DNA from: Macrostomum lignano
Lineage: Eukaryota
DNA length: 64,000 bases
Reading direction: 5' to 3'
NCBI GenBank assembly: GCA_002269645.1
Contig: NIVC01000592.1
Span: forward strand, 248,001-312,000
The notes under the pieces are model-generated. The model was not told the origin of the DNA and searched no databases. It saw nothing but the letters and a program-made list of their open reading frames with translations. The translations under genes and the position numbers were made by a program. Position 1 is the first letter of the stretch. The number at the start of each line of letters is the position of its first letter. This document shows positions 1 through 11,073 of this stretch, one piece after another.

Positions 1-2215
1 AGCAGCAGTTCGGCCGCGGTGGCGTCATCCAAGCCGTAGCGGGAGGCCGCCGGGTTTTTCAGAAAGCTGTCCGGCCCATTCGGCAGCTGGTCCTCGGCCA
101 GCACCGGCGCCCGGCTGAGCTGCAGGCTGCCTTGGGCGCGCGGCAGGTCGGACATTCGGCCGCCGGGGGGCAGCGGCGTCGGGACGCTCTGGGCCAGCAT
201 GTGGTGCTCAGCCACCTTACCCGTGTGGTGCTGCTGCTGCTGCTGCTGCAGTTGCTGCTGTTGTTGCAGGATCTGCTGCTGCTGTTTGGTTCGAGCGGAT
301 GCCTCGGCAGCGGCGGCGGCGGCAGCTTGCAAAATCGATTTGGCGTCGGCTGTAAGCAGTCAGGAATAAATTGAATCAATCGAGGGTAAACAGTGCGAGT
401 AAACTATGCTCTAAATACCTCGTCGCCTAATTAGTACCCTAATATTGAATACTGCAGTACTTACCATAGCTCTTGGACTGCTCAGCGCTTCCGGGGGCGG
501 TCGCAACGGCGGCGGGAGAGGAGGAGGCGGCAGAAGCGGCCGTGCAATCGACCTCGTCGCTGCCATCGCCGCAGTGGACAATGCCGTCGCAGCGGTCGTA
601 GATGGCGATGCAGTGCGGCGCCTTGGTGATGTCCCGGCATTGGAACTGTAGGTCCGGGTAGCGACAAACTGAAGCCGGCTTCTTCTGCTGCAACTGCGGT
701 TGCGGTTGCATAGCAACTGGAGCTTGAGTCGGAGCCGGCTGCTGCTGTGGCGGCTGTGGCGGCGGCGGCAGCGGCAACTGAGTGGTTGCAGGATCTGCTC
801 AGAGAACAAAGTCAAACAGTTTTACAATGCGCTGAAAAAAACTTCACACTGCTATTGTTTTAACAATAACGATGGATTCCATGCATTAAATACTGGGAAA
901 TTAAATTCCAAGGCCTCTTTGTCACTGAAAAATATTGATAATTGGATATTTCGCAGTTCACACAACTCCGCTCCGCTACTACCAGTAGCAGCATGCTGAA
1001 TGATGCAAAATGAACAAGCAATGTACTTTTATATAACATTCTAAACTCCTTTTAGGTTCCAACAACCAAATGTATACAGCATTATCTGCACCAAAACCAG
1101 TTAGAAATGAGCAAAGCACCCAGCACCAAAAATTCCAATTTGGTAACAGTCAAACAATTTGAACAAGCCAATTTTGCAACAAATCAGAAACCAGAAGTTA
1201 AAAAAGTTTTTTCTCATAATTTTCTTACATATTCAGTGCAGATGGGTAAGCTGAAAAAAGTTAATTAAAATAATACAAAATGACACAATTGCAAAATTAA
1301 TTATTTTTTCATCATAATCAATAAAGCAAATATATTGCTGTTGTTTCAATCAATAACAAAGTTTTTTTTAAATCTCAACAAATATGCTAAGCAAGCTATG
1401 GTAAGCAATTTTTAGCATAGAAATTAATTGTGATATTTATACACTTTTATATAAAGAAACATACTTACTATTAGCCAGTGTGGGTTTAGCAGTTATAGCC
1501 ATAGATGCCTTGGAGTCTTTAGTCTGGCTATGAGTAGGAGGGATTATTGCCATCCGCACAGCTGCCACATAGCGATTATGGCTTTCAAAGTTGCATAAGG
1601 TAGCAGCAATTCCACAGTTGAATAGGTAGCACAGGTTTTTGTTCTGTTTTAATGAAATGAAATAAGAGAAAAAATAAATGTTTACTTCGTTTATAAGTAT
1701 TATATACAGTATAAAATACTATTAGATTTGTAAATAGCTTTTTAATACTTTATATATGTGATACTTAAAATAACAATAGTATATTACATGAATAGTTGGT
1801 ATATCAAAAAATATTTTTAAAGCTCAGATTTAACTATAACTAAATACATAAAATCTATTCAAATTCAAGATTTTTTTATGTTTTAATTGAACTCATTACA
1901 CATGCTCATTAGAAGAAGCTTAGCAGATAATAAATTAAAAGGTAGGAGCCAAAACTGAAATATTATTGCAAATCAACATACCGCAACTTCAAAAATTGCA
2001 GCTGTGCAATCCGCAGATTCACAGCATTTCCTTTCACAATCTTCTTTTGTCTTAGTGCGTATCGATCGGATTACAGACGCACCATTGGCAATAGAATCCT
2101 GGGTGCGAATAATGGAATGCTTTTTTATCACAAACGATTCTGGTCCACATTTTTCGCACAGAGAAACGTGAAAGCCGGTTAAAAGCAAGGCCAGAAAAGC
2201 CTTAAATAATATCAT
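1..2215 (-). CDS. MANSC + LDL-receptor class A domain secreted/membrane protein (LRP11-like); 3' part runs off the window
   Basis: Hand-spliced exons 2215-1982 (phase 0), 1643-1469 (0>1), 794-465 (1>1) and 349-<1, all with GT-AG boundaries and one continuous frame. Signal peptide MILFKAFLALLLTGFHVSLC. MANSC pattern CGPESF...IIRTQDSIANGA...DCERKCCESADCTAAIFEV|NKNLCYLFNCG...CNFESHNRY. LDLa repeat CRYPDLQFQC...CIAIYDRCDGIVHCGDGSDEVDC. Gln/Pro-rich linkers. The LRP11 label comes from domain architecture only. Confidence 0.85.
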
Positions 2216-4189
2216 AGTATGTCTTCAAGACTGAATACAAATGGCAGATTCTATCGTCGATCCAAAAACAGTGATCTACGACAACCTGATAACATGCATT
2301 TATATAAAATGTGATTTTTTACTTTAAATCAATTCGGTGCTGTTTATAAAATAAAACAAGTATTTTTTGCAGAATAAATGCCATGTCTGTTTAACTTATA
2401 CTGAAAGATAAATATTTGATTTTAAGAAGCTTTTTGCCTTATGCCTAACTTATGAGCTAGAGTGTAGAACTGATTACGAAAAGATACACAGCACTGCCTC
2501 ACAACAGTATTTTTGCATAAATAAGTTTAAATCTGTCTTAGGTACTACCTGGTGAAAAAAATTGTAGTAGAGTATACAGATTTTTTTAAGAACTCCAAAT
2601 ACTCGATATTTAAGAATCTTATCGATTTGTTGTATGCTCAGATAGAGGACATACATGTACTTTTAATTTTACATGAATTAAATTAAACAGCACATGTCAT
2701 TAATTTATCGGCGCTTAAGGCTTAATTAGCTAGAAGTTTAACCGAGTCAGAGTTTCAGCAGCATTATCAGTGGTTCAACGATAAAAATGACTGCAGGTCG
2801 ACAGTCGCCTACTAGCCAAGACCGTGGTATCATGTATTTATATGTTAGTGACTGAAATATTTATTAATTTAGTTGAACAGTACATGTAATTGGAAATGTA
2901 TTTATAGATTCTTTTCTTAGCGTATTTTTCTTCTATTTCCACTGCCAGTAGAGTAATAAATAAAATTCTATAATTTCGACTCGGTGTTTTTTACTATGTT
3001 GTATTTTAATTTGTCCATTATGTTAGTTTTTGTATACATTGTAATGTATACATTTTGTATAGTACAACACATGTATATGGTATTTCGTGGTGGTCCAACG
3101 AAGTATACGTAAATAAATTGGAGTTGTCCATAGCTACAGTATACACATCCTTAGGGGAATCGAGGCAAGTCATTCGGGTGACAACATGGAACTTTCGGAC
3201 CACCGATACCTTGCAGACTGCAAGACTATGCCCTCAACAATCCGGGAGACTCTGTGCTCATAAATTTCCCTCAGTATGCCATATGGGCCCCCGCAAGCAA
3301 AATACGCAGGGGCAGGCCCATTGGACTTCAGATTGATTCAAATGTGCAATTATCAATAGATTGCAATTGTACTTTTTTAAGTGACAGTGAACAAATTCTG
3401 TATATTATCTCTTATTATATATATGTAAAACGATTCTTAGCTGCATATTGAAAGTACTATAGACGGAGTTCCCTTGGATTGTAAATCACTGTTCATGGAT
3501 CCATGATTAGAATGGTAGACCCTAAAGGTATATGGTTAGTTTGTCTGACAAAAATCAGTCCTACACCTTCATGAATTCGGTGAATTGGTTCATAAAGCAG
3601 ATTAAAGCACGTGGGGAGCGCCCTCTCCAAGGGCGAACCGAGGGCCTGACACCTGAAATAGATTTTTTATCTTCGTTGGCCATATGCTGCAGGCTATACT
3701 GTGCGATTCAACTGCATTAAAATTTCGGGACAATAATCCACCGCGAAAATTTCATTCCCTTTCTACTGCATGCGGTATGCCAGTATATGAGCTGTAATTG
3801 ACAGTTTTCATATGAATAATTCACCTGACCTGAGGGCTACTACGGTGCGCGGCCAGCCTCCCAGCTGCGCCATTAGCCTTGCACATCTTATCCTATCTCT
3901 GTCTCCCTGTCCTCTCCGATTCTATGGGATGCATTGGTGGCATTTTTACGCTGGTTGCATGCCAGAAGCCAGAGAGACGAAGCTAGGAGCGGGGGGGGTT
4001 CGAGGTCACCGAGGATACGCGCACGAATTGAGGGGAGAGGGTGCAGAGGGGGCGGGATGCTGCGAGCGCAAATGGGTGCGCAAAACAGGTTAACTGGGTT
4101 CTGGAGTGCTGCGGGGGCCACTCGGAGATAATATAATGCTTAAGGATGAATGCGAATTGAAGAGAGAGGATTGAAAACAGTTGGAGAAA

Positions 4190-5165
4190 ATGGGAGACAA
4201 GATAAAAAGAGAAGAAATAATGAGAAAGTGGGTGGAAGATGGGGAGAGGGAGAGGGAGAGGAAGAGAAAGAGAGGTAGAGGGAGAGAGGGAGTAGAGCAA
4301 GAGGGGAAGAGAGGGAGAGAGGGATCGAGAGTGAGAAGGAAAAGAGAGAGAGGGTGAGGGGAAGAGGGAGAGAGGGAGAGAGGGTGAGGGAGAGAGGGAG
4401 AGAGGGAGAGAGTGAGAGAGAGGGTAAGGGGGAGAGGGAGAGAGGGAGAGAGGGAGAGAGGGAGAGAGAGGGTGAGGGGGAGAGGGAGAGAGGGAGAGAG
4501 GGAGAGAGAGGGTGAGGGGGAGAGGGAGAGAGGGAGAGAGTGAGAGGGAGAGAGGGAGAGAGGGAGAGAGAGGGTAAGGGGGAGAGGGAGAGAGGAGAGA
4601 GGGAGAGAGAGTGAGAGGGAGAGAGGGAGAGAGGGTGAGGGAGAGAGGGAGAGAGGGAGAGAGGAATCGAGAGTGAGAGGGAGAGAGTGAGAGAGGGTGA
4701 GGGAGAGAGGGAGAGAGGGAGAGAGGGAGAGAGGGAGAGAGGGAGGGAGAGAGAGAGGGTAAGGGGAGAGGGAGAGAGGGAGAGAGGGTAAGGGGAGAGG
4801 GAGAGAGGAAGAGAGGGAGAGAGGGTAAGGGGAGAGGGAGAGAGGGAGAGAGGGAGAGAGGGTAAGGGGGAGAGGGAGAGAGGGAGTGAGGGAGAGAGGG
4901 TAAGGGGAAGAGGGAGAGAGGTAGAGAGGGAGAGAGAGTGAGAGGGAGAGAGTGAGAGAGGGTGAGGGAGAGAGGGAGAGAGGGAGAGAGGGAGAGAGAG
5001 GGTAAGGGGGAGAGGGAGAGAGGGAGAGAGGGAGTGAGGGAGAGAGGGGAGAGGGAGAGAGGGAGAGAGGGAGAGAGGAATCGAGAGTGAGAGGGAGAGA
5101 GGGAGAGAGGGTGAGGGAGAGAGGGAGAGAGGGAGAGAGGGAGAGAGGGGAGAGAGGGAGAGATC
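4190..5165. repeat. Polypurine (GA/GGGAGAGA)n microsatellite-like array
   Basis: Seen directly; it produces the spurious S/L/P ORFs at 3983-5267. Confidence 0.95.
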
Positions 5166-5890
5166 CAGATTTGAGAGCAGATGTGAGCAGAGCAGAGTGA
5201 GGCAATGCGCAGATGCGATAATGAGAAGCCTGCAATTCCATAGCAGTGCGCCGTGTATTTCAATCAACAGATCTCAGCTCAACGCGGTGCCATTGTTAGG
5301 CACGGCAGCTCAGTTCTGCAAAGAGAATTTTAAAAAGCAGAAAATGTTGCGTTGAGTCGCCAGATTTTGCTCGAAGAGAATATTGGCTCGGCTGGCAGCT
5401 GCCGCCCTCCTCAACTGCAGCCTTGGCAGTGGGATTCAAACAGCAGCCCGTAAATGCAGAATTTCTCCCATCTGGCCTCCCCTGCAGAATCCCATTGTTG
5501 CGATGCCACGTGTCTATTTTTGTTCCCAAGCCCGCCTCCCCTGCAATCCAAGGAGTCCCGCAAGTTTCAAAAAGCGACTTATATTATTCCGATTGCAAGG
5601 TGTCGAATACGAAATTAGTAAGAATCGAACAATCTTTCAAGATGCCATCAGAGTATAACAAGAGCATAATCTGCTCCAGTGTTGGTCTCATGCTTGATTA
5701 AAACGAATTTAAAACGAGAAATTAAAAATGAGTGTAGGGGAAACCCCTCACCAAGACTTCTAGCTTCTAGTCCTCCACGGCCCCTCCCTTCTCCCCTCTC
5801 GGAGCGGCGCGGCCATTGGATCCGGCCCGCCTGCAGGCTACAGTTAAACAGGGCGGCACAGGCTGGGCCGAGCTATGCTGCACGGCTGCA

Positions 5891-8461
5891 ATGCCTTCGC
5901 TGAATGCCAGCTGGTGGACCCTCCCGGCGCCTGCGGCTTACCCGGAGGGCCGGTTGATCTCCTACGACGAGCTGGGCAGATTCTATCGCAGCAACTCGGT
6001 GAAGTCGAGAGTCGAACAGCTGCACTATGATCCGTGGGACGGCGCCAGGACGGCGCTGTGCCTGCTGGCGATGCTCGGCCTGCTGGGGCTCGGCGCGCTC
6101 GTCTGCCGGCTCCGCGACTGGTTGCTCAGGCGGCGGCACCTGCGGCTGCTTGGCCAGCTGGCGGCTCGGCGGGAGGGGGCCGCGGCACAGCTGACTCTGC
6201 CGCTGAGGCTGGGCGCCGAGGCCAGCTGCGAGACCGGCTGCGAAGCTGCCGCCGCTGCCGAGGGAGGAGTTGGCGAGCTAAGCGACTGCGGAGTCGCTGG
6301 GAATTCGAAGAGGTGAGACTTTTTGGAGCGGGTGAGGAAGCGGGTGAGGAAGCGGGTGAGAGAGCAGGGGAAAGGCAATTCTATAAAGCAGCAAAGCCGA
6401 TAGCTGGAGTGAAGTGGAATACACACAATATAGCCATAAAAAGTTCGGGAAATTAGATGCAGTGTGGGCCAGGGGATGCAGGAGGCTCAGCCGAATGGCG
6501 GGTTAAAGCAGAGTCAGCCCAGCTGATGCAATCGCATGACTGCAAATATTCAAAGTTACAGCAGATCAAATTAGATCAAAGCCTTCATGCTATGATTAAC
6601 GGCCGAGGCAACCCAACGCCGATCGCACACCGCATCGAAGTGTATTTAGCAAAGCTTTGCCATGCAACCGATGGCGGCCTGCAGCATTTTTATGTCATAC
6701 ATCATCATTTAAAGGCAGCTGCGATCACGGCCTTGAAAAATCTCTTTGGTCTGAATATTCTTGGACCGGCTCCGCTCGTCCCGAGCATTTGTTTCGAAAG
6801 CAAAATACAGACACCCCACTTCGCTACGGGTGGCATTTTTATGAATTATGAGGGCTGAATTCGGCTTAGAATTAACAAGCAGTTTCTGCCTTCCCTGCAG
6901 CAACAATCTTCACCGGCCACCCCAGCTTTCTGTATGCTCTCTCTATCCCGCATCTCCCAGTTTTCTATCCCCATCTCTCAGCTTTCTATCCCGCATCTCC
7001 CAGTTCTCTATCCCCCATGTCCCAGTTCTCTATCCCCCATCTCCCAGCTCTCTGTCCCATCTCCAAGGTTGATACCTATCCCCCATCTCTCAGTTCTCTA
7101 TCCCCCAACCTCTCTCAGTTCTCTATCCCCCATCTCCCAGCTTTCTGTCTCATCTCCAAGGTTGATACCTATCCCCCATCTCTCAGTTCTCTATCCCCCC
7201 ATCTCTCAGTTCTCTATCCCCCATCTCTCAGTTCTCTATCCCCCATCTCTCAGTTCTCTATCCCCCATCTCTCAGTTCTCTATCCCCCCATCTCCCAGTT
7301 CTCTATCCCCCATCTCCCAGCTCTCTGTCCCATCTCCAAGGTTGATACCTATCCCCCATCTCTCAGTTCTCTATCCCCCATCTCTCAGTTCTCTATCCCC
7401 CATCTCCCAGTTCTCTATCCCCCATCTCTCAGTTCTCTATCCCCCATCTCCCAGTTCTCTATCCCCCATCTCCCAGCTCTCTGTCCCATCTCCAAGGTTG
7501 ATACCTATCCCCCATCTCTCAGTTCTCTATCCCCCATCTCCCAGTTCTCTATCCCCCATCTCTCAGCTCTCTATCCCCCATCTCTCAGTTCTCTATCCCC
7601 CATCTCTCAGTTCTCTATCCCCCATCTCTCAGTTCTCTATCCCCCATCTCTCAGTTCTCTATCCCCCCATCTCTCAGTTCTCTATCCCCCATCTCTCAGT
7701 TCTCTATCCCCCATCTCTCAGTTCTCTATCCCCCCATCTCTCAGTTCTCTATCCCCCATCTCTCAGTTCTCTATCCCCATCTCCCAGTTCTCTATCCCCC
7801 ATCTCCCAGTTCTCTATCCCCCATCACCCAGTTCTCTATCCCCCATCTCCCAGTTCTCTATCCCCCATCTCTCAGTTCTCTATCCCCCCATCTCTCAGTT
7901 CTCTATCCCCCATCTCCGAGTTCTCTATCCCCCCATCTCCCAGTTCTCTATCCCCCATCTCCGAGTTCTCTATCCCCCCATCTCCCAGTTCTCTATCCCC
8001 CATCTCCCAGTTCTCTATCCCCCATCTCTCAGCTCTCTATCCCTCCATCTCCCAGTTCTCTATCCCCCATCTCTCAGTTCTCTATCCCCCATCTCTGAGT
8101 TCTCTATCCCCCATCTCTCAGCTCTCTATCCTTATCTCCCAGTCTTCAATGCCCCAATCATAATTTGGTATCGCAGCATGCATCAGTTAATCCCACTGCC
8201 ACGCCCCAGTAACGCTGCATGTACCACTAGACCCCGTGTCCTCAAACTCGCAGCTACAGCAGCTCTGAGCTTCAGATCCCATCGGCCGGGCAAATCCCGG
8301 GCTCAATCTCGGCCGAGTCGGCGGTAGCAAGCGACCAGAGGCGGCCCAAATCCCTGGCCGTGGCGGCAGACTCTGTGCTGGGGGACAGTACAGACTCTCA
8401 TCCCTCATCGCTCAGCACTCATCGACAGCTCAAGGACTGCTCAAAACTCGAAGCTTCCTAA
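5891..8461 (+). CDS. Uncharacterised single-pass membrane protein (~209 aa), two exons
   Basis: ATG at 5891 (the track start at 5816 is TTG). Exon 1 ends at 6312 (AAGAG|gtgaga, phase 2). Exon 2 is 8254-8461 (ctcgcag|C TAC AGC...TAA) and in phase. N-terminal sequon NAS, hydrophobic ARTALCLLAMLGLLGLGALVC, then basic RLRDWLLRRRHLR, consistent with an N-out topology. The true 5' end is uncertain because an upstream exon could splice in. Confidence 0.65.
6935..8135. repeat. 22-23 bp minisatellite (CTCTATCCCCCATCTCTCAGTT) in the intron of the membrane-protein gene
   Basis: Tandem units seen directly, with a recurring longer variant CCATCTCCAAGGTTGATACCTAT. Confidence 0.95.
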
Positions 8462-9494
8462 CAGCTGAGGCCATTTTGAGCACAGTCGCGAGGCCGAGGA
8501 CCGTCAAACCCCTGAACCAAAAAATCGCAACTTTTTATTCCCAGAAATGGACTTTGTTGCCAAGGACAAATATTTAAAAAGTATTGACTGTACAGACAGT
8601 GCCGACTGGGATAAAGTAGCCCCTATGCTATTGTGTACTTTAATTCCTGTTGCCATAGTGACCGATTCGGCTTCATCAATTACATTGAGAAAGTCGAATT
8701 TTCGCAACTCAGTCGCGTGTTAGTTAAACAGAATGCCAAAGAGAATTGGCATTATTAAAATTAATCCTGATAACAGACAACCAGACACGCACATCACAAA
8801 ATACTCATTATATTGTAGTCAACAGGCTATAATGGGCACTTTCAACGAAATGAAAAAAAAAACAATTGTATAATAATATAGACTCGGTGCGAAATGGTAC
8901 AGTACTACTATTAGTAGGAGTCCGGACATCACAGACGAAACTGAATCAGCAATAAAATAATAATAATAATAATAATATTTCATAGTTTCTGTGCCAATCA
9001 CGCAGCGGAGGGTAGAAACAGCGAGACAACAACAGAAAGAAACTACAGTTTAAACAGACCGTGAAACAGACAGTAAACAGACAATAAACAGACAATAAAC
9101 AGACATGTCACTAATGAGGACAGGCTAAGCATGAAACTGAAAGTTTTACGAGCTATCACCTCGCAACCAAAATAGCAATTATAACACAAACTAATAGTAA
9201 TAATAATAATATTATTAGTAACAGTAATAGTAAAATTAACATAAGTGCAAATCGATGAAACCACTGACAAACAGACAGCACTATATGCATGGAATTACAA
9301 ATTCGGAGTTATCATAGCGGCTATGTAATGCAGAAAACTATAATTATAGCATACGTCATCAGCAATGGATGCAAAAAAGTGCTTAAAATCTGCGTGAGAC
9401 ACAGCAAATCCAAACAACTTTATTTGCCTTTGTTATTTAATTAATACATCGTTTTTCTTCATCTTGAATTTCATTGGGTTTCGAACTTGAACAC

Positions 9495-9865
9495 AGCTGT
9501 GAGAAGTGGACCTCGGGCACTGAGACACACAGGTGAGAAGTGGGCATCGGGCACTGAGACACACAGGTGAGAAGTGGGCATCTGGCACTGAGACACACAG
9601 GTGAGAAGTGGGCATCTGGCACTGAGACACAGGTGAGAAGTGGGCCAGAGACACTGAGACACACAGGTGAGAAGTGGGCCAGAGACACTGAGACACACAA
9701 GTGAGAAGTGGGCCAGAGACACTGAGACACACAGGTGAGAAGTGGGCCAGAGACACTGAGACACACAGGTGAGAAGTGGGCCAGAGACACTGAGACACAC
9801 AAGTGAGAAGTGGGCCAGAGACACTGAGACACACAAGTGAGAAGTGGGCCAGAGACACTGAGATA
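9495..9865. repeat. 34 bp minisatellite (GTGAGAAGTGGGCCAGAGACACTGAGACACACAG), probably in the TPD52 3'UTR
   Basis: Unit starts at 9667, 9701 and 9735, etc. Confidence 0.93.
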
Positions 9866-10099
9866 CTATGCCAAGAGTGCACAACAGAGTAAACTGGTGT
9901 ATTGAATATTGTAAGCGCAATGAACCAAAAATAACGCATATGATTCAGCATAAAATACAAATAAAACAAAAAAGTGAATGAACACAATTTGGAATCTATG
10001 CATGAACAGAACCACATTTAGTGCTTTGACAACAAGACAGACAGGTGTTGAAGTTAATTCTGTTTGCTTTTCAATTTCCATCTATGCTGTCCGTCTAGG

Positions 10100-10640
10100 T
10101 GGGTTGCCATGACAACCGAATGGATGTGGCTTCAAGAGATCGGGGCACCCGTGGCGGCGGCGGTGTCGCCCTCGCCCTCCTCTTCGAGGCGACGCATCCG
10201 CTCCTGCTCCTCGGACAGCGCCTCGTCGAAGTTCTGCGCCGACTTGCTGCCCGCGATTCGGTCCTGCGGTGGGGCGCGGTTGGGGCGGAACGAATGCTGG
10301 TTGCTATGGCAACAAGCTTGGAATTATTGGCTTGGGATGGTAGCTATAGGAATTGCAGCGGTTGCTAGCGATGGTTGCCATGGCAACAAGCTTGGAATTG
10401 TTGGATTGGGATGGTAGCTATAGGGATTGTAGCGGTTGCTAGCGATGGTTGCCATGGCAACAAGCTTGGAATTGTTGGATTGGGATGGTAGCTTTAGGGA
10501 TTGTAGCGGTTGCCAAGACTGGTTGCCATGGCAACTGGGCTCAAAGTGGTTAAACTGGGTGCTGTGGGTAGCGCTGGCTAGAGTGGTTGCTAAAGTAGTT
10601 GCCAGGACTGGCTGATTCAATGGTTGCTATGGCATGCGAA
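10100..10640. promoter_or_regulatory. Cluster of RFX X-box motifs, partly as a 74 bp tandem repeat
   Basis: GTTGCCATGGCAAC at 10374, 10448 and 10522 (74 bp period); GTTGCTATGGCAAC at 10300; GTTGCCATGACAAC at 10103; a degenerate copy at 10623. Function is inferred. Confidence 0.55.
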
Positions 10641-11020
10641 ATTGCATGAAGGGGGAACAGCTAGGAGAGGCATGTGCGCTGGTGCTTTGTCTTTGACAGG
10701 CACATTGCATTTTACTCCTGCAACTGCTATGCAATAAAAATAATTAGCAATAAATTTGAAATTATGAAACTACAAAGGAAAAGGCATTCAGAAAGCTGGA
10801 AACCCCGGCGCGCTCTCGGCCGCCCATGCAAGCAGCTGGCATGCAAAAATTATAATTAAAACTGATTATTATTAACTAAGAAAGCTAAAACAGCAAGTAC
10901 TGCAGAGGCAAAGAATAAGCGACTATGTTTTTGAAAGACAAGCTATTGATTGCTAAATATGGATAAAACTGTTATTTAAAAAACCGATGGGCAGACAGAC
11001 AGACAGACAGACACAGAGAC

Positions 11021-11073
<53 letters not shown>

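Noticed and set aside
3983-5267. Long S/L/P-rich ORFs (375-426 aa)
   Set aside because: Translations of a polypurine microsatellite; open in several frames with no domain content.
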